This document shows, piece after piece, positions 17,329 through 27,367 of a DNA stretch of 64,000 bases. A program made the position numbers and the translations under genes. Source of the stretch: Mangrovibacterium sp. (GTDB lineage: Bacteria > Bacteroidota > Bacteroidia > Bacteroidales > Prolixibacteraceae); assembly GCA_047975205.1 (NCBI GenBank), contig JBKEDC010000012.1:117907-181906 (forward strand). Reading direction: 5' to 3'. Numbering within the stretch: position 1 is the stretch's first letter; every line of letters starts with the position of its first letter. Below the pieces are notes generated by a model. The model saw nothing but the letters and a program-made list of their open reading frames with translations, did no database searches and was not told the DNA's origin.

Positions 17329-19456
17329 AAAACTCTTAACTTTAATTTTTCTAATTGCTTTAAGTTCGCAGACTTGGGCAAATGAAGGAATGTGGATTCC
17401 CAGTCTATTAAAAAAGTATAACATTGAAGAAATGCAGCAGATGGGATTCAAGCTTACTGCTGAAGATGTGTATGATGTAAATCATAGTAGCATGAAAGAT
17501 GCCGTGGTGCTTTTTGGTCGCGGCTGTACCGGAGAAATGGTTTCCGATCAAGGCCTACTCCTTACAAATCATCATTGTGGTTACGGGCAGATTCAAGCAC
17601 ATTCATCAATTGAGCACGATTATTTGACTAACGGTTTTTGGGCAAAAAATAATAGTGAAGAATTGGCTAATCCCGGCCTTGAAGTTCGCTTCCTTGATCG
17701 AATGGATGATGTATCGACATCTGTGTTTGCCGGAACAGAGAGTTTATCATTGAAAGAAAAAGAAGATAAGATTAAAGAAAATATCAAGAAACTAGAAGCT
17801 GATGCAGAAAAAGATCAATTTACAGATGCTGTAATCAAGCCTTTATTTAAAGGAAATCAGTATTTTATCTATGTGTATAAGGTGTTTAAGGACGTTCGAT
17901 TAGTAGGAACTCCTCCGTCAGCTATCGGTAAATTTGGAGGAGATACCGATAATTGGATGTGGCCTCGTCATACCGGCGATTTTTCTGTCTTTCGAGTGTA
18001 TGCCGATAAAGACAATAAACCTGCTGAATATTCAGCAGATAATGTGCCTTATCATCCGAAATCTCATTTCCCGATTTCATTGAAAGGGATTCAGTCGCAA
18101 GATTTTGTTATGGTATTTGGTTTCCCCGGCAGCACAGATGAATATCTTTCATCAGATGCTGTTAGTCTGTTAATGAATCAAACAAATCCTACTCGCGTGA
18201 GTATTCGGACAAAGAAACTGGCTATCATGAAACAGCATATGGATAAAGATGTGGCAGTTCGCATAAAGTATTCGGCAAAATATGCATCGACAGCTAACGG
18301 TTGGAAAAAGTGGCAAGGAGAGGTTAATGGCTTGAAGCGTTTAGACGCAATAAAAAAGAAAGTCAGTTTTGAACATAATTTTTCGCAATGGGCAAGCCAA
18401 AATGCAAACTCATATACTCATGTATTACCGGAATTATCTAAGCTTTATAAAGAATTAACACCACTTTCGAATGCCTATTATTACTATCTGGAAACATGGT
18501 ATTACGGAACTGATGTTATGAAATTGGCGAGAACGATAACCTCATCAACGAAAAATATAAGCTCCATGTCGCCCAAAGATATTACCGGAGTAAAAAAGAA
18601 GTTACAAGAAGCTGCAGAAGCCCACTTTAAGGATTACGATCAATCTACTGATGAAGATATATTTTTAGCACTTATGCATATGTTGAACAATAATCTGGAT
18701 GCGCAGTATTTATCGGCATATTTTATGTCTATAATGAATAAATACGATGATTTGAATTTGCGGAATAAAGTATATCGTAAGTCAATATTGAGCGATCAAA
18801 AGGAGCTAAATCAATGGATTGCTAAACTTAGCTCAAAGTCTAACATTAATAAAGATCCGCTCCTAAAATTAAGTAATGAGCTGTTATCCGCTTTTAATGA
18901 AATAAAAGCTCCATATGCTAATCTTATGTTGCAGATAAAAGCTCAAGAGAAGGAATATATGGCAGGTATAATGGCAATGAATAATGGAAAACGGCTGTAT
19001 CCAGATGCAAATAACCTTACAATGCGAGTGGCTTACGGAAAGGTGGAAGGATATAAGCCTGCCGACGGTGTGAATTACCAATATTATACTACACTTGATG
19101 GAATTATAGAAAAAGATAATCCTGAGATCTATGATTACGATGTACCTCAACGCTTGCATGAGCTTTATGAAACAAAAGATTACGGGCAATATGCTCGTAA
19201 AGATGGCAACTTGCCGGTAGCGTTTATTGCATCGATCCACACCACCGGAGGAAATTCAGGAAGTCCGGCCATAAACGCTAATGGAGAACTTATTGGAATT
19301 AACTTTGACAGGTGTTGGGAAGGAACAATGTCGGATATAATGTTTGATCCTAACATGTGTCGAAACATAATGGTTGATATCCGTTATGTGTTATTTACTA
19401 TAGACAAATTCGCTAATGCAGGTTACTTGCTGGATGAAATGACTATAAACAAATAA
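17321..19456 (+). CDS. S46 family dipeptidyl-peptidase (DPP7/DPP11-like)
   Basis: A signal peptide is followed by NEGMWIP. The catalytic His lies in TNHHCG and the catalytic Ser in TGGNSGSP. At 711 aa it is typical of S46. Confidence 0.9.
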   Translation: MNKKLLTLIFLIALSSQTWANEGMWIPSLLKKYNIEEMQQMGFKLTAEDVYDVNHSSMKDAVVLFGRGCTGEMVSDQGLLLTNHHCGYGQIQAHSSIEHDYLTNGFWAKNNSEELANPGLEVRFLDRMDDVSTSVFAGTESLSLKEKEDKIKENIKKLEADAEKDQFTDAVIKPLFKGNQYFIYVYKVFKDVRLVGTPPSAIGKFGGDTDNWMWPRHTGDFSVFRVYADKDNKPAEYSADNVPYHPKSHFPISLKGIQSQDFVMVFGFPGSTDEYLSSDAVSLLMNQTNPTRVSIRTKKLAIMKQHMDKDVAVRIKYSAKYASTANGWKKWQGEVNGLKRLDAIKKKVSFEHNFSQWASQNANSYTHVLPELSKLYKELTPLSNAYYYYLETWYYGTDVMKLARTITSSTKNISSMSPKDITGVKKKLQEAAEAHFKDYDQSTDEDIFLALMHMLNNNLDAQYLSAYFMSIMNKYDDLNLRNKVYRKSILSDQKELNQWIAKLSSKSNINKDPLLKLSNELLSAFNEIKAPYANLMLQIKAQEKEYMAGIMAMNNGKRLYPDANNLTMRVAYGKVEGYKPADGVNYQYYTTLDGIIEKDNPEIYDYDVPQRLHELYETKDYGQYARKDGNLPVAFIASIHTTGGNSGSPAINANGELIGINFDRCWEGTMSDIMFDPNMCRNIMVDIRYVLFTIDKFANAGYLLDEMTINK

Positions 19457-19551
19457 TGAGGAGTATAACCTGAACTCTGTCCAGTTGTTTTTCTAATGAT
19501 TTTCAAGTATGCATTTTTTGGAGAACCAATCTCTAAAAGTTGATTTTGGTA

Positions 19552-19629
19552 TTTTTCTGTACTGTACAAGGGCGATCTATGTTGTGTCTGAGGCAGGTCG
19601 TTTATATACTCTTGTACAGTACAGAAAAA
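19552..19629. repeat. Perfect 19-bp inverted repeat with a 40-nt spacer
   Basis: tttttctgtactgtacaag (19552-19570) is the exact reverse complement of cttgtacagtacagaaaaa (19611-19629). It lies in the 446-bp intergenic region between the S46 peptidase and HAD genes. Confidence 0.7.
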
Positions 19630-19916
19630 TGATTGTTCTTTGCTTTCTAGCTATTCATATCCTGTCGATTATTATTTCATTTTGTGAAAATTAGCCTGTT
19701 TATTATAAGATTTTTTAATGTGGTTTGCGAAACTCTCCCTATTTTATGATTTATAATGATCTATATTTTTCATCTCAAGAAAGTATAGTGTAAACATAAT
19801 AAGAACTATACCTTAATTAAATAGGGATAATTATTTAAGATATTCCTCAGTTTTAGCTGAATATTACTTCTTACAGAATAAACCTATTTGTCGGGATAAT
19901 AAATGCTTGCTCTTAG

Positions 19917-19924
19917 TACATTTG
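19917..19924 (+). promoter_or_regulatory. Bacteroidota-type -7 element for the HAD-lrgAB unit
   Basis: TACATTTG at 19917-19924, with 17 nt between the box and the ATG at 19942. Confidence 0.35.
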
Positions 19925-19941
19925 TACAAAACAATATAAAA

Positions 19942-20526
19942 ATGATACTTCAGAAACGCCCCGAAACTGAGGCTCTAATTTTTGACATGGATGGTACGTT
20001 GTCAGACTCACTACCGATTCATATTTCTACTTGGAAACAAGTGTGCCAGCGGTATAATTTTCATTTTGATGTTGACATGATTGCAGAACTTACAGGTAGA
20101 CCGACTATTGATTTTGCAGAGCGTGTGCTTGTCGATAACCAATCAGATATTGTATCCGCTGAAAAATTAGTAAAGTTGAAACAAGAATTCTTTTGGGAAA
20201 ATTGCAATCTAGTTCAACCTCATCAAAAGATAATTAATTTTATGCGTAGTCACTTAGGGAAAATCCCTATGGCAGTAGGTACCGGTGCGAATAAAAAAAG
20301 TGCAGAATTACAGCTAAAAAACCTAGGTATTTATGATTGCTTCAATGCTATTGTAACTGCAACTGATGTAAAACAACATAAACCTCATCCTGAGACTTTT
20401 TTACGTTGTGCAGAATTACTGGGAGTTCATCCTTCAAAATGTGAGGTACTTGAAGACGGTGAATTAGGCATGGAAGCTGCTCGATCAGCGGGTATGTTTG
20501 TTATTGATGTTCGTCCATTAATATGA
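19942..20526 (+). CDS. HAD-superfamily hydrolase (beta-phosphoglucomutase/phosphatase-like)
   Basis: The HAD motif I is LIFDMDGTLSDS, and GTGANKK and EDGELGMEAARSAGM are also present. I prefer the ATG at 19942 because the track start at 19903 lies upstream of the -7 box. Confidence 0.8.
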   Translation: MILQKRPETEALIFDMDGTLSDSLPIHISTWKQVCQRYNFHFDVDMIAELTGRPTIDFAERVLVDNQSDIVSAEKLVKLKQEFFWENCNLVQPHQKIINFMRSHLGKIPMAVGTGANKKSAELQLKNLGIYDCFNAIVTATDVKQHKPHPETFLRCAELLGVHPSKCEVLEDGELGMEAARSAGMFVIDVRPLI

Positions 20527-20891
20527 AAGTCTTTAAACAACTTGCAATCATAGTAGGGATTAGTCTCTTAGGCGATTTACTAAGTTCCCTATTTCATTTA
20601 CCTATACCGGGAAGTATTACCGGTATGATTTTACTTCTTGTGTTCTTACTTACCGGAATAGTTAAGGAGAAAGATATTAAAGAAACCGCCGACTTTATGA
20701 TTCATCATATGAGTTTCTTTTTTATACCGGCTTGTGTTGGAGTTATGGATTCATATACTTTATTACGTGGGCAATACGTACAAACGTTAGTGCTAATTAT
20801 TGCTTCAACAGTGTTGGTTATGTGTGTTACTGCTTGGGTAACACAATTATTAGGTAAATACACTAAATCTGAACATGATGATACTAAATAA
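20523..20891 (+). CDS. CidA/LrgA family holin-like protein
   Basis: 122 aa with four predicted TM helices. It shares an ATGA overlap with the HAD gene stop and is followed by an LrgB-family gene. Confidence 0.8.
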   Translation: MKVFKQLAIIVGISLLGDLLSSLFHLPIPGSITGMILLLVFLLTGIVKEKDIKETADFMIHHMSFFFIPACVGVMDSYTLLRGQYVQTLVLIIASTVLVMCVTAWVTQLLGKYTKSEHDDTK

Positions 20892-21567
20892 TCCTTTATT
20901 TGGACTATTCCTATGCGTACTATTTTATTTCGTATGTTTATGGGTCAAAAAGAAAATGAAATGGGATTGGTTTAATCCATTGCTATTCTCAACCATTCTA
21001 ATTATAGCCTTCTTGAGCCTAAGTGATATTCCTTATGAAAAGTTCAAAAAAGGGGCTGATATCATAAATTTATTTTTAGGACCCGTAACTATAATTCTAG
21101 CTTTACCATTATATCGTCATCGTAAGCTTTTGGTAAAATATAAAATAGCTATTTGTAGTGGTATCCTGTCCGGAGTAATAACATCTATATCTTCCGTATT
21201 TTTGTTCAGCCATTTGCTCGGATTAACTGATACATTACATCGTTCGCTTATCCCACATTCAGTGACTACTCCTATTGGAATTAGCACTAGCCAAATGCTT
21301 TCAGCTAATATTGGTATAACCATTATATCAGTTATTATAACAGGAGTAATAGGAGCTGCTATTGCTCCCTTGGTAATGAAGTTATTAAAGATAACAAATC
21401 CGGTAGCTCGAGGCTTAGCTATAGGAACTAGTTCTCATGCTTTAGGTACAACAAAAGCAATGGAAATGGGTGAAACAGAAGGAGCCATGAGTGGACTAGC
21501 TATCGGTTTATCCGCATTAACTACAGTTGTGGCAGTTATAATTATGCAATCTTTAGGTATTCTTTAG
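20875..21567 (+). CDS. LrgB family protein
   Basis: 230-aa polytopic membrane protein that overlaps the lrgA-like gene by 17 nt. This is the typical LrgA/LrgB pairing. Confidence 0.8.
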   Translation: MMILNNPLFGLFLCVLFYFVCLWVKKKMKWDWFNPLLFSTILIIAFLSLSDIPYEKFKKGADIINLFLGPVTIILALPLYRHRKLLVKYKIAICSGILSGVITSISSVFLFSHLLGLTDTLHRSLIPHSVTTPIGISTSQMLSANIGITIISVIITGVIGAAIAPLVMKLLKITNPVARGLAIGTSSHALGTTKAMEMGETEGAMSGLAIGLSALTTVVAVIIMQSLGIL

Positions 21568-21581
21568 TTGAAACATATAGA

Positions 21582-21620
21582 AAATAGCATTATCATATCT
21601 TCGTTATGATAATGCTATTT
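21582..21620. terminator. Bidirectional terminator hairpin between convergent genes
   Basis: aaatagcattatcata (21582-21597) is the exact complement of tatgataatgctattt (21605-21620). The loop is 7 nt and T-rich runs flank it on both strands. Confidence 0.6.
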
Positions 21621-21639
21621 CTTTATAATTTACATTGAG

Positions 21640-22449
21640 TTAAAACTCAATCGCAGTTTCGGAATCATCCCAATCAAATACAATCGATAAATCTAGGTTT
21701 CCACTTGTATTAGTATTTTCATTTGCTGTGATTACATATCGTTTACCGGTTTCCGGATTTTCAATAAGTGTAGATTTCACAAGAATGCCTTCCTCCGGTT
21801 TTGTATATCCTCCTTTATATAAACTAATCTCTATGCTACCATCAGAAGATAAACCATATACAGGAGTATTAGTGGAACTGTAATACCAAATGTATTCTTT
21901 ATTATTTTGTTTAAAAGAGATGAAATAGACTCCTAGAATATCATTAATTGCATCGTTATTTGCAGCAAAATCTACATCAAAATAAAATGTTTGAAGCGAT
22001 ATGGGAAGAGTTATATTATTTTCTCCGGAAGTGAGAGCTTCAGTTGTTATTTTTCCTTGATAAAGTTCTCCGGAAGGATCACGTGCCGGGAAAGAAAAAT
22101 CATTATCTAATATATTGAAATTACTGTAAGGTAAGGTTGTAGCATAGATATCATAAGATTTACCATAATAGACTTCAGTAAATGAACCGGAATTAGGTTT
22201 ACTTAAGCATTGTGCTTTACTAAAATCAGTTTCTCCACTTTCAACGATATAAATATATAAATCGGATAATGAAACACTTTGTCCTCCCGGTCCATCTAAG
22301 GATTTGGAATTGAACCCATCTTCTGATATATCAAGCCCTACCTCTTGAATTTGAATGTTTAAGGATACCGGTTCAGATACACTTGAATTGAATTTTTGAC
22401 ATGCAAGACATGAAAAAATAAGAATTAATACGTAAACTTTTGTTCTCAT
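21640..22449 (-). CDS. Hypothetical lipoprotein
   Basis: 269-aa ORF with a signal peptide and lipobox (LIFSCLAC-Q). I recognised no family motif. Confidence 0.6.
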   Translation of the reverse strand: MRTKVYVLILIFSCLACQKFNSSVSEPVSLNIQIQEVGLDISEDGFNSKSLDGPGGQSVSLSDLYIYIVESGETDFSKAQCLSKPNSGSFTEVYYGKSYDIYATTLPYSNFNILDNDFSFPARDPSGELYQGKITTEALTSGENNITLPISLQTFYFDVDFAANNDAINDILGVYFISFKQNNKEYIWYYSSTNTPVYGLSSDGSIEISLYKGGYTKPEEGILVKSTLIENPETGKRYVITANENTNTSGNLDLSIVFDWDDSETAIEF

Positions 22450-22548
22450 TAGCTAGTTATTAAAATAATTGTTCTCTTTATTTGGTCAATAACTGCTAAT
22501 ATATTTATATCATATTTAAATTCAAATAGTATACTTATATCACACGAA

Positions 22549-23505
22549 TTAAAGTTTTATGGATTGCATTCGTTCTTGTGTTTTGTCAAATTCGGTTATA
22601 AGTCTAGAGAATACTTTGTTTACATTGGGAATATCCATAAAATAGGCTGCGTTTTGTCCTATTTCCAATTCACCTTCGCTTAGATCTCCTTCAAATATGC
22701 CTAATTTAGATCGTTTTTTACCTAATATATCTTGTAACTCATCTTTAGAAGCACCCTTAAGCTCGGCTTCATTTACTTGATTGAAAAAATTATTTTTTAT
22801 AAGTCGAACAGGAGATAATTGCTTTAAAGTAAGTTTTGTATCACCCTCTTTCACACGAATAACGAGATTTTTGAAATTCTCGTGGGCTGAGGATTCCTGA
22901 GTGATAGCAAAACGAGACCCTATTTGAACACCATCTGCACCAAGAGCCATACTTGCATACATAGATTCACCATTACCAACACCTCCGGCTGCCATTAACG
23001 GTAATGAACATATTTTTCTGACCGATGGTATCAAGGCCATTGTTGTTGTTTCTTCTTTACCATTGTGCCCTCCGGCTTCAAAACCCTCGGCAACAATAGC
23101 ATCTACGCCGGCTTCTTCGCATTTTTTTGCAAAAAAAGAACTGGAAACGACATGAGCCACCACAACCCCTTTTTCTTGAAGCCATTTAGTCCAAGCTTTA
23201 GGACTACCGGCAGACGTAAATACTATTGGAACATCTTCCTCAATAATAATCTGCATGATCTCATCAAGCTGAGGGTAGAATAGGGGTATATTTACACCAA
23301 ATGAATTACCGGTTGCTTTTTTCGTTTTTTGAATATGTTCCCGCAAAGTCTGAGGATGCATCGATCCGGCACCAATTAGCCCTAGTCCACCATTATTACT
23401 AACAGCAGAAGCTAATTTCCATCCACTACACCACACCATTCCTCCCTGTATAATGGGATATTTGATATTGAATAATGAACAAATACGATTTTGACTATTT
23501 ATCAT
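22549..23505 (-). CDS. NAD(P)H-dependent flavin oxidoreductase (nitronate monooxygenase / FabK-like)
   Basis: YPIIQGGMVW is present at the N-terminus, and GGLGLIGAG and AEGFEAGGH are also present. I prefer the ATG at 23505 (MINSQNR...), which overlaps the cdaA stop by 11 nt. Confidence 0.8.
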   Translation of the reverse strand: MINSQNRICSLFNIKYPIIQGGMVWCSGWKLASAVSNNGGLGLIGAGSMHPQTLREHIQKTKKATGNSFGVNIPLFYPQLDEIMQIIIEEDVPIVFTSAGSPKAWTKWLQEKGVVVAHVVSSSFFAKKCEEAGVDAIVAEGFEAGGHNGKEETTTMALIPSVRKICSLPLMAAGGVGNGESMYASMALGADGVQIGSRFAITQESSAHENFKNLVIRVKEGDTKLTLKQLSPVRLIKNNFFNQVNEAELKGASKDELQDILGKKRSKLGIFEGDLSEGELEIGQNAAYFMDIPNVNKVFSRLITEFDKTQERMQSIKL

Positions 23506-24310
23506 ACAATTCCTCCTCATGTTTTGGGTGAATAAGTTCTTCAAGTAGAGTAGTGAGCTTAAGTCCGTTTATATCTAATTTGAGTTTCCCATTATGACAG
23601 AATGAAATCTTTCCTCTTTCTTCAGAAACTATGATTGCAATAGCATCACTTTCCTCAGTAATTCCTATTGCTGCTCTGTGACGTAAACCTAAATTAGGGT
23701 TTATATTGCGCCTGTCAGTAACCGGTAAAATACATCGAGCAGCAATTATCTTGTTACCTACTATAATCATGGCTCCATCATGCAGTGGAGAATTTTTGAA
23801 AAATATAGTTTCAATCAAACTGTCTGAAATATGAGCATTAATTGTTTCTCCGGTTTTTACTATTTCTCCAAGCATGGTTCCTTGTCCAATAATGATCAAA
23901 GCTCCGGTTTTTGTTTTACCCATATTCAAACAAGCATCAACAAGTAGTCTAATCTGACGAGTAGTCATTTTTTTATCATCACCTTCGTGACGAAATAATT
24001 TGTCTGTGCTAAAAAGGCGTTGTATTTGTTCATTACTGCCGATAAGAAGTAAAAATCTTCGAATTTCTTGTTGAAATACAATAATTAAAGCAATTACTCC
24101 AACTCCTAAGAACTGGCCAAGTATATTTTCCATAAGCTCCATATGAAGCGCTCGAATAATTACCCAAAACATACAAAGTAAAAATAACCCAATAAATATA
24201 TTGAAAGCTACAGTCCCTTTAATCAGTTTATATAGATAGTATAATAAACAAGACACCATTAAGATATCAAGGATATCAAAGAAGCGAATAGTAATGAATA
24301 AACTTGTCAT
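23495..24310 (-). CDS. cdaA: Diadenylate cyclase CdaA (membrane-anchored)
   Basis: N-terminal TM helices are followed by DAC-domain motifs DGAMII and GLRHRAAIGITE. The ATG at 24310 forms an ATGA overlap with the folP stop. Confidence 0.9.
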   Translation of the reverse strand: MTSLFITIRFFDILDILMVSCLLYYLYKLIKGTVAFNIFIGLFLLCMFWVIIRALHMELMENILGQFLGVGVIALIIVFQQEIRRFLLLIGSNEQIQRLFSTDKLFRHEGDDKKMTTRQIRLLVDACLNMGKTKTGALIIIGQGTMLGEIVKTGETINAHISDSLIETIFFKNSPLHDGAMIIVGNKIIAARCILPVTDRRNINPNLGLRHRAAIGITEESDAIAIIVSEERGKISFCHNGKLKLDINGLKLTTLLEELIHPKHEEELYDK

Positions 24311-25188
24311 TGCTTGAGAGTTTTTAATTTGTTGAAAATTTTCACACAATGTACGGCTTCTTTTACGTCATGAACACGCAAAATTTTCACTCCTCCCATT
24401 AACGCCAATGTATTAACTGATATACTGGCAGGCAAGCTTTCCTCCGGCGTAATATCAAGCATTCTATAAAGCATAGATTTTCTACTTATTCCGGCTAGCA
24501 AAGGAAGTTGAAATACTTTGAAAGCATCTAATTGATTTAAGAGCTTATAATTATCATCTAATGTTTTTCCAAAACCAAACCCCGGGTCTAATATAACATC
24601 CTTTACTCCTAATTTGTGTAGTTTGCGGACTTTATCAGAGAAAAATTTTGTTACATCCTTTATTATATCAGTATATTTTGGAGTTTCATGTATATGCTCA
24701 TTATCCTTACCGGCAATATGCATTAGGATATAAGGAACCCCTAATTTAGCTATGGTAGTAAACATATTCTCATCAAACATGCCCCCGGATATGTCATTAA
24801 TGATAACTTCTCCAATCTCATCAACTACGCGTTGAGCAACCCATGAACGATAAGTATCGATAGAAATGGGAATTTCAGGATATAATTTACGGACTAATAT
24901 TACTGCAGGTAGTAAACGCTTTAACTCCTCTTTACAAGAGGCTTGTTCAGCCTCCGGACGAGTTGAAACAGCACCTATATCTATGATATCAACACCATCA
25001 CTGATCATTTTGTGGACGTGTGATGCTATTGTTTCTTCATTAAAATATAGTCCTCCATCATAAAAAGAATCTGGACCAACATTTAATATCCCCATTACCT
25101 TGGGGGTAGAGAGGTCTATAAGTTTACCGTTGAGGACAATTGTGTGCTTCTCTTTTTTGAAATGTCCAACACTAGTAGATACTAACAT
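24307..25188 (-). CDS. folP: Dihydropteroate synthase
   Basis: The pterin-binding motifs GILNVGPDSFYDGG and DIIDIGAVSTRP are present. I prefer the ATG at 25188 (M50 of the track ORF) because a -7 box (TATATTTG on the minus strand, 25208-25215) sits 19 nt upstream. Confidence 0.9.
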   Translation of the reverse strand: MLVSTSVGHFKKEKHTIVLNGKLIDLSTPKVMGILNVGPDSFYDGGLYFNEETIASHVHKMISDGVDIIDIGAVSTRPEAEQASCKEELKRLLPAVILVRKLYPEIPISIDTYRSWVAQRVVDEIGEVIINDISGGMFDENMFTTIAKLGVPYILMHIAGKDNEHIHETPKYTDIIKDVTKFFSDKVRKLHKLGVKDVILDPGFGFGKTLDDNYKLLNQLDAFKVFQLPLLAGISRKSMLYRMLDITPEESLPASISVNTLALMGGVKILRVHDVKEAVHCVKIFNKLKTLKQ

Positions 25189-25207
25189 AAATAAGCTTTT
25201 TAGCCTA

Positions 25208-25215
25208 CAAATATA
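25208..25215 (-). promoter_or_regulatory. Bacteroidota-type -7 element for folP-cdaA
   Basis: The minus strand reads TATATTTG. There are 19 nt between the box and the folP ATG at 25188. It lies inside the track's N-terminal ORF extension, which argues against that extension. Confidence 0.4.
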
Positions 25216-25400
25216 GTTAAACACTTTAATTTTTAGGTTGTTTGTAAGTAAGTTAGTAGGTATTGGATTTAAAGATTTGATTATAGTAAAGAAGACAAGG
25301 ATTATCCCATACGAGTTTGTGGAAAGTTTTGACAAGAATGAAATGCTCCCATTTATTTAAATAATGAATGGGAGCACAATAATTATACGATTTACTGTCT

Positions 25401-27305
25401 TTATTGAATAGGGAAGATACCCTTTTCATTACAGAAAGAGATTATTTTTTCAACACTTTTGCTATTTTCAGCAGGTGTTAGTGTAATTGCATGATTTGTA
25501 GGTTCATCGAATGGTAAATCTATGCCCGGAACAAACTTAATATTTTTTTGATTATAGAATTCTGCTTTATTTCGTTTACAATAGTCTAACTCGGCTTTCA
25601 TATAAAAGGTGTGGAAACGTTCTTTTCCTATTATGTCTTCCACTTGTTTTCTTACGCTTTCTTCATGAGAAACAAAAGAACAAATAGCTATAATTCCTTG
25701 ATCATTTAATATACGACACATTTCAGCAATACGACGAAGATGCTCAGTTCTATTACTAGGCGAAAAATCTAATTCTTTTGATAAACCGGATCTTAAAGTA
25801 CCACCATCAAGAAGAACAACTTTAGCTCCCATTTCAAATAACTGTTTTTCTAGAGTATATGCACATTCATTTTTGCCTGAACCAAATAAACCGGTAACCC
25901 AAAGCGTAACACCCTTTTGGTTATATTGCTTCTGATATTGTTCTGTAGATATTAAACCTTTTCCATTATTAATTTGCCGACGTTCGCTGTCTGTTATACA
26001 GGAAGGTAGATATTTGTTGCTTAGCTTATCAACAATCATTCCCACAGCAACAGTATTGTTCGTAATAGGATCGATAAGTATGAACGAACCCGTGGCTTTA
26101 TTCTTTTTATAAGAATCGAAGAATAATGGTTTGTTTGTAGTGAGTACAACTTGGCCGATCTCATTTAGGCTAAAAAAGTCAATATTCGACTTTTCCATTG
26201 TATTTACATCAACTTTATATTGAATTCGGTCAACGTGTGCTTTGGTTGTATTGTTGGCTTGTTTGATGAAAAAATGAGTTGTAGAATCCATAGGATTTTC
26301 ATCCATCCATACGAGCATAGCTTCAAAATGGCGGTCAACATGAGGTTGATTGTCCGGATAGACTAACATATCGCCACGAGAGATATCAATTTCATCTTCT
26401 AGAGTAACGGTAACCGATTGGGGAGGAAAAGCTTCATCAAGACTACCGTCATAGGTCACAATATCTTTGATTTTTGATTTTTTCTGAGAAGGTAGCACCA
26501 TTACTTCTTCTCCTTTACGTATAATTCCGGAGGCAACCTTGGTTGAGAAACCACGAAAATCATTATCAGGTTTAAGGACATATTGCACAGGATAACGCAT
26601 GTCTTCGAAGTTCCTATCGGAACTAATATGAACACTTTCTAAGAAATCTAGTATGCATTTTCCTTTATACCAAGACATGCTATCTGATTTATCTACTACG
26701 TTTTCACCTTTTAAAGCAGAAAGAGGAATACACGTTACATGAGGTATATCAAGCGGAGCAATAAAGTCCATATAATCTTTTTGAATAGTATCGAATTTAT
26801 GCTTATTATAGTCAATAAGATCCATTTTATTCACAGCTAGAATAACATGCTTAATTCCGAGCAATGATACTAAAAAAGTATGTCGTTTGGTCTGCGTAAT
26901 TACGCCTTTAGAAGCATCAACTAATATAATGGCTAGATTAGCAGTAGAAGCACCGGTTACCATATTTCTGGTGTATTGTTCATGTCCCGGTGTATCAGCA
27001 ATGATAAATTTTCGTTTATTGGTAGAAAAATATCGATAAGCTACATCGATGGTAATTCCCTGTTCGCGCTCAGCTTTCAGTCCGTCAAGCAGTAAAGCAT
27101 AATCTACTTCTTCTCCGGCATGACCAATGCGTTTAGAATCTCGTTCCAAAGCTGCGAGTTGGTCTTCGTAAAGTTGCTTGCTATCGAACATTAATCTCCC
27201 GATGAGTGTTGATTTTCCATCATCTACGGAGCCGGCAGTAAGTAATCGTAAAAGATCTTTTTTCTCGTCTTGCTCTAAAAAGGCGCTTATGTTTTTTTCA
27301 GTCAT
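25401..27305 (-). CDS. cysN: Sulfate adenylyltransferase subunit 1 (CysN GTPase) fused to an APS-kinase-like C-terminal domain
   Basis: The GTPase motifs are GSVDDGKST (G1), DTPGHEQY (G3) and NKMD (G4). The C-terminal 175 aa or so align to CysC but with altered motifs: [16 protein letters not shown] and FVSH. Confidence 0.88.
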   Translation of the reverse strand: MTEKNISAFLEQDEKKDLLRLLTAGSVDDGKSTLIGRLMFDSKQLYEDQLAALERDSKRIGHAGEEVDYALLLDGLKAEREQGITIDVAYRYFSTNKRKFIIADTPGHEQYTRNMVTGASTANLAIILVDASKGVITQTKRHTFLVSLLGIKHVILAVNKMDLIDYNKHKFDTIQKDYMDFIAPLDIPHVTCIPLSALKGENVVDKSDSMSWYKGKCILDFLESVHISSDRNFEDMRYPVQYVLKPDNDFRGFSTKVASGIIRKGEEVMVLPSQKKSKIKDIVTYDGSLDEAFPPQSVTVTLEDEIDISRGDMLVYPDNQPHVDRHFEAMLVWMDENPMDSTTHFFIKQANNTTKAHVDRIQYKVDVNTMEKSNIDFFSLNEIGQVVLTTNKPLFFDSYKKNKATGSFILIDPITNNTVAVGMIVDKLSNKYLPSCITDSERRQINNGKGLISTEQYQKQYNQKGVTLWVTGLFGSGKNECAYTLEKQLFEMGAKVVLLDGGTLRSGLSKELDFSPSNRTEHLRRIAEMCRILNDQGIIAICSFVSHEESVRKQVEDIIGKERFHTFYMKAELDYCKRNKAEFYNQKNIKFVPGIDLPFDEPTNHAITLTPAENSKSVEKIISFCNEKGIFPIQ

Positions 27306-27367
27306 TTCGCTATAATTTTCTGGTAGAGTATGCTAAATACTAACATACATTGTAAATCTTGTTATTT

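Noticed and set aside
19509-19694. 61-aa ORF in the S46-HAD intergenic region
   Set aside because: It reads straight through both arms of the 19-bp inverted repeat and has no start context or motif. The nucleotide-level structure explains the region better.
25189-25335. 49-codon N-terminal extension of the folP ORF
   Set aside because: The extension is hydrophobic and low-complexity and does not resemble DHPS. A -7 promoter box (25208-25215) lies inside it, and the ATG at 25188 gives a normal-length FolP.
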